DNA of 64,000 bases from a virus. Location of the stretch: IMG/VR virus record IMGVR_UViG_3300010885_064671. One strand, 5' to 3'. Within the stretch, counting starts at the first letter, position 1; each line of letters begins with the position of its first letter. The notes beneath the pieces are model-generated. The model searched no databases, was not told where the DNA came from, and was given only the letters and a program-made list of their open reading frames with translations. This document shows positions 27,517-37,636 of this stretch, in pieces. The position numbers and the translations under genes are program-made.

Positions 27517-28982
27517 TAGTGAAAATCCTTTCCGCTAAGAAGATCATCCAATAATGAAGATGAAGACACGTAAGAATCATCAGTAACTGGATCATAGTCT
27601 TCGTATGTTTTTTTATAATCTACATATTTTACTAATGGCGGATCATATAAAAACGCTGAACCAGTAATTCTATTTTTTGGTATCTGTAGTTGCATTATGT
27701 TTTCGTCCTCGGTCTCATCATCTGTAGCTAATCTTTTTTCTGTAATGAATATTGTTACAGCGCACTTTTGCTGGATAGTTAAAGATCCACCAGTATCAGA
27801 CTGCTGAACTACTTCTCTTTTTTCTTTCATTCTGTTAGCATTTTCTTGTGCTGTTATTATTAGTGCACAATTCATATCTCTAGCAAGCTTTTCTAATCTA
27901 ACCATCATCTCTTCGAATTCACCCCAACGAGGCTTGCCCTTACCACCGCCCCTAGTAAACATGGATTGTATTGTATCTATGATAACAACATCCGGCATGT
28001 TAACATTGTGCCCTATTATATCTCTTAGCCAAAATTCCAGATCCTCAAAATAAGGAGTGTCTGGATCATGCCTAATCATTAAGCGATCCCCCCACTCTGT
28101 TAATTTATCTTTGAATTTTTTTAAATACTTTTCTCTTTCATCAGGAGACCACTTTGATGCTTCTAGATAAACATTCTTTTCTATAATCTGGGTCATGAGT
28201 ATTCGCTCCCAGTGCCCAGTAGCTTCTTCAAAATTTATATACAAAACTCTATAACCATTGTCTAACCAGTGATTAGAAAGACATTTAACAAACGTACTCT
28301 TGCCCTTACCCGATGCAGCTATCACGGCGTGTACTGCACCTCTAAAAAAACCGCCATTATCAGTGTATCCCATAGCTCTATTGAGAGCTTTAAATTGAGT
28401 TGGAATAAAATTTGGGATGTCTAATAAAGAATCTACTCTATCTATAATATCTAAAGCTGTTGTTAATTTATCTAATGGATTATATCTTATTTGGTTTTCT
28501 AATTCTCTAATCTCAGAAGTTAGTGTCTGTATTTTAGCAATATCTTCTTCAGTCTTCTGACCTTTTTGCGTTAGTATCAATTGCAATTCATGAAGGTAGT
28601 TTATCTGCTTTCGCTTATTAGCTTTGTGCTTTACTAGTTCTCCAACAGATTCTTTTGTTGACAACTCTAGACCCATCAAAAGATCTACCATTACATTTAT
28701 CCCAGGGTTACCACCTAAAGCATCATATATATCTGTATCTGTTTCTAGCCAAGATTTAAAAGCTATTGGATCTACTATATCTAATTGTGTTGCGCCATAA
28801 AAAGACAACAAGGCAACATAAAACTCATTTATACCCTTTTCTCCATGGATACTTCCAACAATATCTTCTGGCAAATTTTCATTAAAATACTCAATAGCGC
28901 CCTTCTCCCTAAGGGAGAGGGCAAATATTTGGTACTCTAAAGGAGTATTGTCTTTTATATTTTCATTTGTTTCTGTTGTCAT
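27516..28982 (-). CDS. DnaB-like replicative helicase / RecA-fold ATPase
   Basis: AVHAVIAASGKGKSTFVKCLSNHWLDNGYRVLYINFEEA ... DVVIIDTIQSMF ... ALIITAQENANRMKEKREVVQQSDTGGSLTIQQKCAVTIFI. Confidence 0.85.
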   Translation of the reverse strand: MTTETNENIKDNTPLEYQIFALSLREKGAIEYFNENLPEDIVGSIHGEKGINEFYVALLSFYGATQLDIVDPIAFKSWLETDTDIYDALGGNPGINVMVDLLMGLELSTKESVGELVKHKANKRKQINYLHELQLILTQKGQKTEEDIAKIQTLTSEIRELENQIRYNPLDKLTTALDIIDRVDSLLDIPNFIPTQFKALNRAMGYTDNGGFFRGAVHAVIAASGKGKSTFVKCLSNHWLDNGYRVLYINFEEATGHWERILMTQIIEKNVYLEASKWSPDEREKYLKKFKDKLTEWGDRLMIRHDPDTPYFEDLEFWLRDIIGHNVNMPDVVIIDTIQSMFTRGGGKGKPRWGEFEEMMVRLEKLARDMNCALIITAQENANRMKEKREVVQQSDTGGSLTIQQKCAVTIFITEKRLATDDETEDENIMQLQIPKNRITGSAFLYDPPLVKYVDYKKTYEDYDPVTDDSYVSSSSLLDDLLSGKDFH

Positions 28983-29661
28983 TACGTTTTTCTTTTATAG
29001 ACTTATACACATTTTTTCTATATTCTGAATTCTTTTTCTTTGCGATCTTGTATGCTGGAGTATCCGAAACTTTAATCTTGTCTTTACTCTTTGCCTTGTA
29101 GGGGCTTGTTCTTATGCACTCTAGTAACCTATCAAAAACAGATTGCTCTGTAAGACTATCATTATATCGGAACACAACTAGTGCTACTCCGTTATCCTTA
29201 CACCATTGCACTTTTTTTTCATCTCTTTTAATAGCCTCATCAAACTCATACTTTGAATCAAAAAACCTACTAGTGTAATAAAAGTGCTGTCTTCCGTGAT
29301 ACTCTGCAGCTATGGCGTACTTAGGGCAGTAAACATCTAGCTTTAATTTATCTCCTATATGAAATTCATTAACTATTTTTTCGCCCGGTAGCAGCTTCTG
29401 CAAACACGCAGTTAATGCTGTTTGACCCCTAGATATTTTTTTTCGACTATCCTTAAGCCAATTTAAACCTATGCTATTTATAATTTTATTAACTGCTGGC
29501 ACAGTCCAGCCTAGCTCTTTAGCTATGGCAGATATAGATAAAGATGTTTCTAGTAAAAGATCCCTAAGAAATTCAATATCATCTTGATCTTTGTTTTTAT
29601 GTTTCCCATGCATCTCACCCTGCCACGCTATGAGTTCTTGAGTAACTAATAGTTTTACCAA
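28963..29661 (-). CDS. Endonuclease with HTH region and restriction-endonuclease-like fold (VSR/homing-like)
   Basis: LSISAIAKELGWTVPAVNKIINSIGLNWLK HTH; KLDVYCPKYAIAAEYHGRQHFYYTSRFF..DEKKVQWCKDNGVALVVFRYNDSL. Confidence 0.6.
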   Translation of the reverse strand: MVKLLVTQELIAWQGEMHGKHKNKDQDDIEFLRDLLLETSLSISAIAKELGWTVPAVNKIINSIGLNWLKDSRKKISRGQTALTACLQKLLPGEKIVNEFHIGDKLKLDVYCPKYAIAAEYHGRQHFYYTSRFFDSKYEFDEAIKRDEKKVQWCKDNGVALVVFRYNDSLTEQSVFDRLLECIRTSPYKAKSKDKIKVSDTPAYKIAKKKNSEYRKNVYKSIKEKRNDNRNK

Positions 29662-30244
29662 GATCTATTATAGACATATCTAGTTTGTTCCAAATAGAAT
29701 TGCTGAGCGCAAGGCCAAGAGAAGAGCAATCCATAATACAGTACTCAACCTTACCCTCAAGGGCAGCTAATTTTTCAAATGTTTCATCTAACTTATTATG
29801 ATAATTATTAAAAGAAACATTTATAACATTTGTTTTAAAACCCATAAATTTATATATTGTTTTTTTATCATGAAAAGAAATAACTACACTATTTGTATTT
29901 TTTACATAGAATTCAAAGATAGCATCATATACTTCTTTATTATTTTCATAATAGTATTCAAATAAATTTGGAGTAAAAAATCTTCCGTCATCCACCATCC
30001 CTATACTGGAATGCTTTTTATTTACGATCTCATCTGCAAGAGCGTCTGGAACATTTTTAATAATTCTTTTATCGTTTAGATTAATAGAGCGTATAATCTC
30101 TTTGTTAAAAGAAGCTGGTATATTATTATCATTCTTCTTACTTAAGGAAACTATAGAAGCTTTTGCGATATTAAGAAAAGCGAACTTTTCTTTTCCATTC
30201 ATTAATTTAGTCAACTCAATAGATGCTTGTATTTGATTTTTCAT
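29615..30244 (-). CDS. Hypothetical protein in a glycosyltransferase neighbourhood
   Basis: 209 aa ORF, no family recognised with confidence. Confidence 0.5.
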   Translation of the reverse strand: MKNQIQASIELTKLMNGKEKFAFLNIAKASIVSLSKKNDNNIPASFNKEIIRSINLNDKRIIKNVPDALADEIVNKKHSSIGMVDDGRFFTPNLFEYYYENNKEVYDAIFEFYVKNTNSVVISFHDKKTIYKFMGFKTNVINVSFNNYHNKLDETFEKLAALEGKVEYCIMDCSSLGLALSNSIWNKLDMSIIDLGKTISYSRTHSVAG

Positions 30245-30246
30245 TT

Positions 30247-30954
30247 TTAGATCCCGAAATTTCCCCAGTTTATTAAAACTGGATTTTCATCAACAATAGA
30301 ATTAATATGATCTAGATTGTGGTACTTGCCACCATCTAAATTCGAATATCTTTCGAACTTAGCCTTCTTATCTGCATCATGCAAGTAACCCAAGTGCTGC
30401 ATGACTAGGGTAGAATTAGGCCAATAGTTTCTTTGCCCATACCAATCAAGGACATAAGTGGGTTCAGCGCCACAGGCAAGGGCTCTATCCCTAAAGGTGC
30501 CGTTTGACATGTATCTAAATATTCTCGTACTATTATTTGGAGCCCACAACTTGTCTACTCTGTACTGCTCCTTATTCCACATGTGATAAAATCTAACATT
30601 AACTACATCTTTTTCTGAGGAATTCAAGATGCTTCTAATATCAATAGTATCTATATTGGTAGAGCTATACAGCATCTCATCACAGTCTATGGCTATTATC
30701 CAGTCACCCTCTGATGCATGGTTTTCAAGGTTCAACCAAGCGTACCTTCTCAGTCTGCCCTCGTGTATATTAAACATTTGTTTTGGGGTTTTATAAACAT
30801 GCGCAAAGTCTTTTGCTATTGAAGCGGTCTCGTCATCCGAACAGTCGTCAGTGAATACTATTTCGTCGACCTGTTCTTTTAGTCTATTTAAAACCTCGGG
30901 CAAAAATCTTGAGGCTTCATTTCTTCCTACCATTTGTGCTATTATTTTTTGCAT
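30247..30954 (-). CDS. Glycosyltransferase family 2
   Basis: NRLKEQVDEIVFTDDCSDDETASIAKDFAHVYKTPK ... DWIIAIDCDEMLY. Confidence 0.8.
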   Translation of the reverse strand: MQKIIAQMVGRNEASRFLPEVLNRLKEQVDEIVFTDDCSDDETASIAKDFAHVYKTPKQMFNIHEGRLRRYAWLNLENHASEGDWIIAIDCDEMLYSSTNIDTIDIRSILNSSEKDVVNVRFYHMWNKEQYRVDKLWAPNNSTRIFRYMSNGTFRDRALACGAEPTYVLDWYGQRNYWPNSTLVMQHLGYLHDADKKAKFERYSNLDGGKYHNLDHINSIVDENPVLINWGNFGI

Positions 30955-30978
30955 TATATACTTCCAGATTTAAATAAT

Positions 30979-31007
30979 AAGGGCAACGGAATAAACCCGT
31001 TGCCCTT
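30979..31007 (-). terminator. Terminator hairpin
   Basis: aagggcaacgg-aataaa-cccgttgccctt, downstream of the 31022..31216 minus-strand ORF. Confidence 0.65.
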
Positions 31008-31021
31008 AAATTGAATAAAAT

Positions 31022-31216
31022 TTATCCTTCGATTTGCTCACGAGCCTTTATGGCTGTGATTCTTTCTACATCTACATCTTTAAAAATTAATTCACCAGCA
31101 ACACCGGCTACCTTACGGCGACTGCCACTAGCAATTTTTTCTGCTTCTGTCTTATTCGCTGCCTTAACAATTGATGTAGTTGTAACTGTAAAGTATTTGA
31201 ATTTATTTTCTGCCAT
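31022..31216 (-). CDS. Hypothetical small protein
   Basis: 64 aa ORF. Confidence 0.5.
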   Translation of the reverse strand: MAENKFKYFTVTTTSIVKAANKTEAEKIASGSRRKVAGVAGELIFKDVDVERITAIKAREQIEG

Positions 31217-31230
31217 TTTTTTTCCTTTGT

Positions 31231-31641
31231 TTACTTACTTGATGGATATGTATTGCATATATATTCTACAGCATCTCCTAAGGATAATGCAACCTTAGTG
31301 GATAAAAAATTTAGATAAACTCTATTTAAATAACTTTTATCTGCAAAAGTTACCACAGGTTGGTTATTCATATACGCCCAAGTCATTTCAAAATCAGTTC
31401 CTATATAAGCCCTATTGGGTATCGTATACTCTACCAAAATTATATCGCAGCTTTTTTGCAAAAACATATTTTTACTTACAATTTCTTTTGGTTCGCACCC
31501 TTGTTCCTCTAGAGCATAATCCATAGGATTAACTGCTTGGAAACCTCTATCGGCTAACAGTTTTACGGCTTCATTTCTCCAGCCATGTGCAAATATACCG
31601 ACCTCTTCTATTGCTCCAGATAAAAATACTTTAGTTTGCAT
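31231..31641 (-). CDS. Nucleoside 2-deoxyribosyltransferase-like protein
   Basis: TKVFLSGAIEEVGIFAHGWRNEAVKLLADRGFQAVNPMD ... SCDIILVEY...GTDFEMTWAYMNNQPVVTF. Confidence 0.7.
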   Translation of the reverse strand: MQTKVFLSGAIEEVGIFAHGWRNEAVKLLADRGFQAVNPMDYALEEQGCEPKEIVSKNMFLQKSCDIILVEYTIPNRAYIGTDFEMTWAYMNNQPVVTFADKSYLNRVYLNFLSTKVALSLGDAVEYICNTYPSSK

Positions 31642-32056
31642 TAGATACTTCCTTTCCTGGCCAGTAATATTCTAAATTAGATGGTTCGTCAAAATACTCT
31701 GAATAGTATTCATAATCTTTACGGAGTAAATTAGATCTATGTGAACGGTGGAATTTATCTAGACCAAACCATGGTGGCATAACTACTTCTTCTAGATTAA
31801 AATCTTCAAAAAGCATTGTGTTTTTATAGCCTCTGCTAATCCACTCTTGGATGGTGTAGTTTTGATATAACTGTAAGGCTAGTTCATAACCGGTCCACAT
31901 AACCGTAACCGGATGATTGCGCCAACCTTTTGTTGGTGTACGACCAAGCAAGATGTTCAGAACTTGGAAAGTTTCTACTCGTTGCTTTCCAAGTCTACGA
32001 TAATCTAATACCCGAACTGATTCTTTAAGATCTGCGTATGGTAAGAATGTTTGCAT
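31631..32056 (-). CDS. MSMEG_6728 / pyrimidine-dimer-glycosylase-like family protein
   Basis: MQTFLPYADLKESVRVLDYRRLGKQRVETFQVLNIL..GWRNHPVTVMWTGYELAL..Y. Confidence 0.75.
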   Translation of the reverse strand: MQTFLPYADLKESVRVLDYRRLGKQRVETFQVLNILLGRTPTKGWRNHPVTVMWTGYELALQLYQNYTIQEWISRGYKNTMLFEDFNLEEVVMPPWFGLDKFHRSHRSNLLRKDYEYYSEYFDEPSNLEYYWPGKEVSNAN

Positions 32057-32457
32057 TATGCCTTCTTAAATTCCTCAAAAGTTTTGTCACCTACACCAAA
32101 GTATTCTCTAGCTAATCCAGCCTTAACAATCTCCGTGTTAAGACATTCGCCAGCTTCGTTCCATACTCTAGCTAGAATTCTACCATACTTCTCATTCTTA
32201 TCAAGAATTGTTTCAATCTTAACTTTATGATTAGCTTTAGTTAGCCATTGATCTGTAAATTCTTTTGCGGCCAATCCCATTTTCTTTTCTTCAAGATTAG
32301 TTGTACGGCTCTCTGGAGTGTTAACACCATAGAGTCTGACGCTCTTAGGTCCAAACTTAACTTCAAAACCAAGATCAACAACGACCTTAAAAGTATCTCC
32401 GTCTACTACCTTAACTACTTCTGCATTATATAAGTAAACATTAAATTGATCTGACAT
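32056..32457 (-). CDS. Thermonuclease (SNase)-like nuclease
   Basis: EVVKVVDGDTFKVVVDLGFEVKFGPKSVRLYGVNTPESRT ... LEKNEKYGRILARVWNEAGECLNTEIVKAGLAREYFG. Confidence 0.88.
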   Translation of the reverse strand: MSDQFNVYLYNAEVVKVVDGDTFKVVVDLGFEVKFGPKSVRLYGVNTPESRTTNLEEKKMGLAAKEFTDQWLTKANHKVKIETILDKNEKYGRILARVWNEAGECLNTEIVKAGLAREYFGVGDKTFEEFKKA

Positions 32458-32458
32458 T

Positions 32459-33262
32459 TTAATCTCTTTCTATTCCTATGTAATCGCAGGCTTTGCGAAA
32501 TATTGATTGACTTACTTTGAATTGGGCATCGGCGTGACTGTAGCCCTCTCCTGGTTTTGGAGATGAAGCGTGCCAACTGTGACCAATCGATACACTACCA
32601 TCATATACTACATTATAGCCTAAGTGACGAGCAAAGTACGAACACCAAGTCTCCTCGTAATAATGAGGTGTTGGTAGGAAGGCTCCTACTGCCTCGGGGT
32701 ACATCTTTCTATACCCTTCATCATTGGTTAATGCATCCCAGATTGATCTCCTAATAAAATAAGCGGATCCAGAAATCGTAACACAGTTAACTCTATCCCT
32801 ATAGAGTATATCTTCGGGATCATTCTCATTCCAGCCTCTATGCTTAGGAGCTGTATTAGTACCAACTATACCAGCATGTTTTATGTTACCATATTCATCT
32901 CTTTGCTTTGGCCCAAGAATATGCACATCTGGTTCTTGATTAAAAATTTGACATATTTTCTTGATGTCTTCGTTGGTGAACCATACATCCGCATTTAAAA
33001 TTCCTATTACACTGTTGTCCCCTCTAGAAGCTAGCTTGTTAATTGCAGCGGAGTAACCAATGTTTTTATTTAGATCTATTCTATCTATTTGATATCTCTT
33101 ATCATTTTCTCTAAGCCATTCAACGGTATCATCTGCTGAATCATTATCCGCAATGTATAGGTTCCAAAATTTATTTTCAGGACTAACCTCCGCGTGCAAA
33201 GTATCCAGTAGTCTTTGAAGCAACGGTCTAGTGTTATAGTTTACTACACATAAATCTATCAT
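32459..33262 (-). CDS. Glycosyltransferase family 2
   Basis: IDLCVVNYNTRPLLQRLLDTL..WNLYIADNDSADDTVEWLRE..IGYSAAINKLASRGDNSVIGILNADVWF. Confidence 0.88.
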   Translation of the reverse strand: MIDLCVVNYNTRPLLQRLLDTLHAEVSPENKFWNLYIADNDSADDTVEWLRENDKRYQIDRIDLNKNIGYSAAINKLASRGDNSVIGILNADVWFTNEDIKKICQIFNQEPDVHILGPKQRDEYGNIKHAGIVGTNTAPKHRGWNENDPEDILYRDRVNCVTISGSAYFIRRSIWDALTNDEGYRKMYPEAVGAFLPTPHYYEETWCSYFARHLGYNVVYDGSVSIGHSWHASSPKPGEGYSHADAQFKVSQSIFRKACDYIGIERD

Positions 33263-33263
33263 C

Positions 33264-33524
33264 TTAAAATTTTTCTATATTTGAGGCCAGGATAACCATC
33301 GAAAAAGCATCGTCTGAATTTACTCCATGGTTGATGTATTCACACATCTCTTTCATTCTTGCATCTATATCTTCCTGCAAATAAAATTCGCTCAACCTAT
33401 TCCTATATTGAGAAAGGGATGCGTAATTAGGCAAGCGTGTTATATCTTCTCTTTTAAAAAGATATGAAATTAATCCTACAATAGCAACTCCGTAAAAAAT
33501 ATTATTCTTATTAAGAATTTTCAT
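33264..33524 (-). CDS. Small membrane protein
   Basis: N-terminal IFYGVAIVGLISYLF segment. Confidence 0.5.
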   Translation of the reverse strand: MKILNKNNIFYGVAIVGLISYLFKREDITRLPNYASLSQYRNRLSEFYLQEDIDARMKEMCEYINHGVNSDDAFSMVILASNIEKF

Positions 33525-33778
33525 ACTACCTTCTTTTTTCTACCAGGCTTAACTTGTATAGTATCATTTACGTCTAGGTTATCTGGTAACTCTTCCTTAT
33601 ACTTGTATAAACAAATATTATCTGAATCTGGTTCAAAAGTTACAAAGAATATATTTTTATCAGCTTCTGTTAATCCTTCAGGTGGAGGAGACTCTAAAGC
33701 TATTTTGGGGTTAGATGATCCATAAACTTGGCTATGGTTTTTATATACAACAATATAATTCAGTTTAGATGCAGGCAT
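33521..33778 (-). CDS. Hypothetical protein
   Basis: 85 aa ORF. Confidence 0.5.
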   Translation of the reverse strand: MPASKLNYIVVYKNHSQVYGSSNPKIALESPPPEGLTEADKNIFFVTFEPDSDNICLYKYKEELPDNLDVNDTIQVKPGRKKKVV

Positions 33779-33779
33779 A

Positions 33780-33950
33780 CTATAACCCCAGTAGGATTGC
33801 GTATCCAGCTATAAATGCTGTTACTACAGCAATTGCAACTGCAATAAGTTTTATATTTTTACTCTGAGATACTTGGTTAAGCATCTGCATACTGATACAC
33901 CAATTCATCAAGATAGAAAATACTAGGGCTAAAATTACATTTTTAAACAT
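33780..33950 (-). CDS. Small two-TM protein
   Basis: MFKNVILALVFSILMNWCISMQMLNQVSQSKNIKLIAVAIAVVTAFIAGYAILLGL*. Confidence 0.5.
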   Translation of the reverse strand: MFKNVILALVFSILMNWCISMQMLNQVSQSKNIKLIAVAIAVVTAFIAGYAILLGL

Positions 33951-34647
33951 TTGCTTGACCGACCAAACTTCCTATGCTTATTGGAAAACGAGGCTCTATT
34001 AAATTCATGACAGCTCTAGCATAATCTCTTATTTCTAACTGAGCATCATCGCTAAGTCTTTGATTTAAGAATAACGCTATAGATTGTAAACTGCAAGTCC
34101 ATCTGTAGGACACATACATACCATAGGCTGGCAGAAATAGTCTAGCTTGTTCTGGAGCGACTTCATTTGACATAGCCATATTATACAAAGCCTCGCCTTG
34201 CTCGATGTATCTTATGAGCTCATCAGTTAAAACAGCACCGGTCCAAGGCCCTATCGGACCACCAGATCCTTGCTTTTTGTTATCTGGTGCAAGGCGCCAA
34301 TCTTCAGAACTAGGTACATAAAATTCAGGCTCCATAGTGATGTATCTTCTTGATGATTCATTCCAAGAATCCATAGTATGGTCTGAACCCACTACATATT
34401 TCCAGTGTTGGCGAGCAACAAGAAGCGGTGCTTTAAACTCAAATGTTGCACAAGCATGTCTAAAAGGAGACATATGATTTTCCCTAATCAAAAAATCAAT
34501 TAAATGAACATCTTTTTTAGATAGCTCTTTAGATTCTTTGCTAAAGGAAACTCTAGCGGCGTTTACAATAGATAGATCACTACCCATAACGTCAACCAGT
34601 CTTACATAACCCTTATCTAAAACTGAAACTATGTTATCTGTATCCAT
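33943..34647 (-). CDS. thyX: Flavin-dependent thymidylate synthase
   Basis: RHACATFEFKAPLLVARQHWKYVVGSDHTMDSWNESSRRYI; LFLPAYGMYVSYRWTCSLQSIALFLNQRLSDDAQLEIRDYA. Confidence 0.93.
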   Translation of the reverse strand: MDTDNIVSVLDKGYVRLVDVMGSDLSIVNAARVSFSKESKELSKKDVHLIDFLIRENHMSPFRHACATFEFKAPLLVARQHWKYVVGSDHTMDSWNESSRRYITMEPEFYVPSSEDWRLAPDNKKQGSGGPIGPWTGAVLTDELIRYIEQGEALYNMAMSNEVAPEQARLFLPAYGMYVSYRWTCSLQSIALFLNQRLSDDAQLEIRDYARAVMNLIEPRFPISIGSLVGQANV

Positions 34648-34671
34648 GCTTATATTATACCATCAAGAATT

Positions 34672-36768
34672 CTATTTAGTGTTATCCTTTATGAATTTAA
34701 TTTCGCATGAATCAGTAGTGCAATATCTTTCGCCTATCGCGTCAAAAGCCATGCCAGCATAAACTCCAGAAAGATCTATTGGGAATAATTTAGCTACATT
34801 ATCCTTGTATTCACTCTCTGTTATTTGAGTGTACGGCATTTGTGGATAGGTCTTGTTCCCGCTAGGTAGGAAAGATACAGTTTTTAACTGACCATCGAAC
34901 ATGTGCAGAACAGTTTCTACGTGTTCAGATTCTTTCTCTACATCAAAAGATATAGTAACTGAAACTGAATTATCAGACCAATAGCGTTGGGCAGTTGCCG
35001 CTAAAGACATTTTTTCAAAAATAGTTACATCACGCTCAGCCCTATTTGCTTCAGACATTATTGGAAAGAAAACTACAGAAGTAGTGTCTGGTGATTCTGA
35101 CGCCGGCTCCACTAAATAATTAGCCATACGGAATAGTGGGAGCATCGGATCTTCATTTGCAAAACGTATAGAACGCATAAAGTATTTTCCGCCTGGAGTC
35201 CAATGAACACCTGGAGATTCACCAGCCAATATAGATACTGTGCCAGAAGGTTTAATTGTTGTCATCTTTATTGATTCACGTATGCCTAACCACTCTGAAT
35301 AAATACGATCATAATTCTTTATAATATTATAACCCGTATCCATCCAGTCTCTTAAGGCGGGCAGTCCTCTAGTGTCAGCAAAATTAGCTACACCAGACAT
35401 AGATGCACCTATTCTACGGTTACGCTGCATTATCGCGTTTGTCTCTTCCCAGTGTGTAGGAAGTAGTGTAACTGTCTTAGCATAAAGATACGCAAACTTT
35501 AGAGTGCGCTTATAGTCCTCTAGGTTGTCATGTCTATTAAGATAGGTCTCCACAAGCGTACAGCACTCGTAGGACTCGAGAGATTGCTCTGCGCATGGAT
35601 TATAACCTGCTACTCGCCAATCCTTGTTATCTGGTGGGTCAGCTAGGCGACCATACTTTCTGGATAGATCCATCCACAATACACCTGGCTCACCATTGCG
35701 CACAATGCCATCAACAATTTTACTTAAATCACTTCCGACTTTAGTCTCAACAGAATTGTTTGACATCCAACCCCACCCTGGAGAATTAGGGTCATATGAA
35801 TTTCTTTCCGGAAATTTATCTGCGTTCTTAAGGTTTAGAAAATCATCGTCATCTATACTTCCGATTAATAACTCTGCTGATCTTCTTACATTGCCGGATA
35901 CCACACATACACCTATTAGATTCCCTATATCGGCTATGTCTAGCTTCGTTAATTTATCACCTTTTCGCTCATCAAACATTCTTCTAATATAGATATGCAA
36001 TTTCTCCAATGGTTCATGCCCAGCAGCTACTCCACCAAATGTTTTAATCGGCGTTCCAGCTGGTCTGATCTGAGAATAGTCAAACTCATAACTTGGTTGA
36101 TTTTCTTTTAAATACGCATTCAGAAGTAGCGACAAGGATTCAACCCAGCCCTCACGAGTGTCTGGAACTACATGAGTCACTTTTTCTTTTGGCTGATAAA
36201 TTATAAAATCTTTATTAGCACCTTTGTCATCAAATCCAACGCCAACGCCAAGCATTGACGCCTCCATTAAAAATGCAAATGGTTTTGCTGGATTAAACTT
36301 ATTCATTTCTGATGTAGAAACAAAGGCGCAATTTTGTAGAGCAGCTGAATTCTTTTGTATATTAACTATATTAGTACCCATAGCCCATAGGCCTCTACCT
36401 GGTGGAGTCCACTTCAAATTAAACAATCTATCAAATGCTTCTTTAGCTGAAGCTTGTCCCTTAGCATCGTTCCAGGGAAGTCGGCTCGTTTTACAGTGAT
36501 CTTTTTGCAAAGAATACATTCCGTTGATTACTCTCTCACAAACATCAACCCAAGTTTCTTTCGTCCCATCTTCCTTGAGGCGTGAGTATGTGCGCAAGAA
36601 AGTTATTTCACCCACAGAATTTCCACCAGCATCCTTGTAGCCAAATGGTGGCTTCTTATCCTTATAGCTAGCTACAAAATCATCTGTTAATTTAAACATA
36701 AACATTGATGGTATTTTGCTTGCCATAGGAACAAGATCTGGATTGCCGTTTTCTATTTCTTCTGACAC
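34672..36768 (-). CDS. nrdJ: Adenosylcobalamin-dependent ribonucleoside-triphosphate reductase (class II)
   Basis: LKWTPPGRGLWAMG ... NPCAEQSLESYECC ... TIKPSGTVSILAGESPGVHWTPGGKYFMRSIR. Confidence 0.93.
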   Translation of the reverse strand: MSEEIENGNPDLVPMASKIPSMFMFKLTDDFVASYKDKKPPFGYKDAGGNSVGEITFLRTYSRLKEDGTKETWVDVCERVINGMYSLQKDHCKTSRLPWNDAKGQASAKEAFDRLFNLKWTPPGRGLWAMGTNIVNIQKNSAALQNCAFVSTSEMNKFNPAKPFAFLMEASMLGVGVGFDDKGANKDFIIYQPKEKVTHVVPDTREGWVESLSLLLNAYLKENQPSYEFDYSQIRPAGTPIKTFGGVAAGHEPLEKLHIYIRRMFDERKGDKLTKLDIADIGNLIGVCVVSGNVRRSAELLIGSIDDDDFLNLKNADKFPERNSYDPNSPGWGWMSNNSVETKVGSDLSKIVDGIVRNGEPGVLWMDLSRKYGRLADPPDNKDWRVAGYNPCAEQSLESYECCTLVETYLNRHDNLEDYKRTLKFAYLYAKTVTLLPTHWEETNAIMQRNRRIGASMSGVANFADTRGLPALRDWMDTGYNIIKNYDRIYSEWLGIRESIKMTTIKPSGTVSILAGESPGVHWTPGGKYFMRSIRFANEDPMLPLFRMANYLVEPASESPDTTSVVFFPIMSEANRAERDVTIFEKMSLAATAQRYWSDNSVSVTISFDVEKESEHVETVLHMFDGQLKTVSFLPSGNKTYPQMPYTQITESEYKDNVAKLFPIDLSGVYAGMAFDAIGERYCTTDSCEIKFIKDNTK

Positions 36769-36776
36769 TTTTTCTC

Positions 36777-37475
36777 CTAGCTATTAACTTTTTTGATATA
36801 TTTAGAATTTGTTTTTTGAATCTCTATATTTTTTATTTTAAGTATATCTTGTATTGGATAAACTTTATGTATTTCTCTTTCAAAAAAATACCCACTTCTC
36901 CAATTAAAAACACTATTAACATTTTTCTTATGATTAACAAACATGTTACATACTACAGCGCCACCATATGATTTAACTATATTGGCAAATTTATTTTTCA
37001 GTTCTTCGATATTGACATTGTCCAGTCCACCGCTTTCTTGGGCTTTTGAAAATAACCAATTAAAGGCCTGCCTATTCATCGGTGATACATCTATAGGATC
37101 TATGACCCCTAATAGTATAGCTTTGTTTCTGCTATTTGCTATCTGAATATCTTCTTTTATAACTTTTTTAAAAAGATCAAACCAATCTCTTTCATTAAAC
37201 TGCACCCATGCAGTGCACCAAAATAAAAGATTTTCTGGTGGAGATGGAACTATACTTTTTTCGGTGTACGGAAGCAGAACTGCACAGCTGATAGCTCTCT
37301 TCATAAAAGATTTTCTTGATTCTTCAGACTTAGTTTTGGAACCAGAAATTTCCCAAAGTTTATTTATATTCTTTCGCCAGTCAGTTGGGCCTAAGAATAT
37401 GTTTAGATACTTCTCTGCCACGTCTATAGGTATTGTATCCTCATTGATTACTTTCTGTAAACCATCTAAAGACAT
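36777..37475 (-). CDS. Hypothetical protein
   Basis: 232 aa ORF between nrdJ and the structural module. Confidence 0.6.
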   Translation of the reverse strand: MSLDGLQKVINEDTIPIDVAEKYLNIFLGPTDWRKNINKLWEISGSKTKSEESRKSFMKRAISCAVLLPYTEKSIVPSPPENLLFWCTAWVQFNERDWFDLFKKVIKEDIQIANSRNKAILLGVIDPIDVSPMNRQAFNWLFSKAQESGGLDNVNIEELKNKFANIVKSYGGAVVCNMFVNHKKNVNSVFNWRSGYFFEREIHKVYPIQDILKIKNIEIQKTNSKYIKKVNS

Positions 37476-37525
37476 TTATAATCCTTTATAAAATTATCAA
37501 AACCTATAAAACAAGTCCGGAAAAA

Positions 37526-37550
37526 GATCATCCCGCCCTTTCGGGCGGGA
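37526..37550 (-). terminator. Strong GC-rich terminator hairpin
   Basis: tcccgccc-tttc-gggcggga with T5 downstream on the minus strand, after the stop of 37637..38248. Confidence 0.75.
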
Positions 37551-37636
37551 CGTCTTGATGTCATTTCTGAGCGTCGGTTTCCGTATCACCTAGTATAGCA
37601 TGATGATGGTTTACTTACTGCGTATTTTGTGATTTA

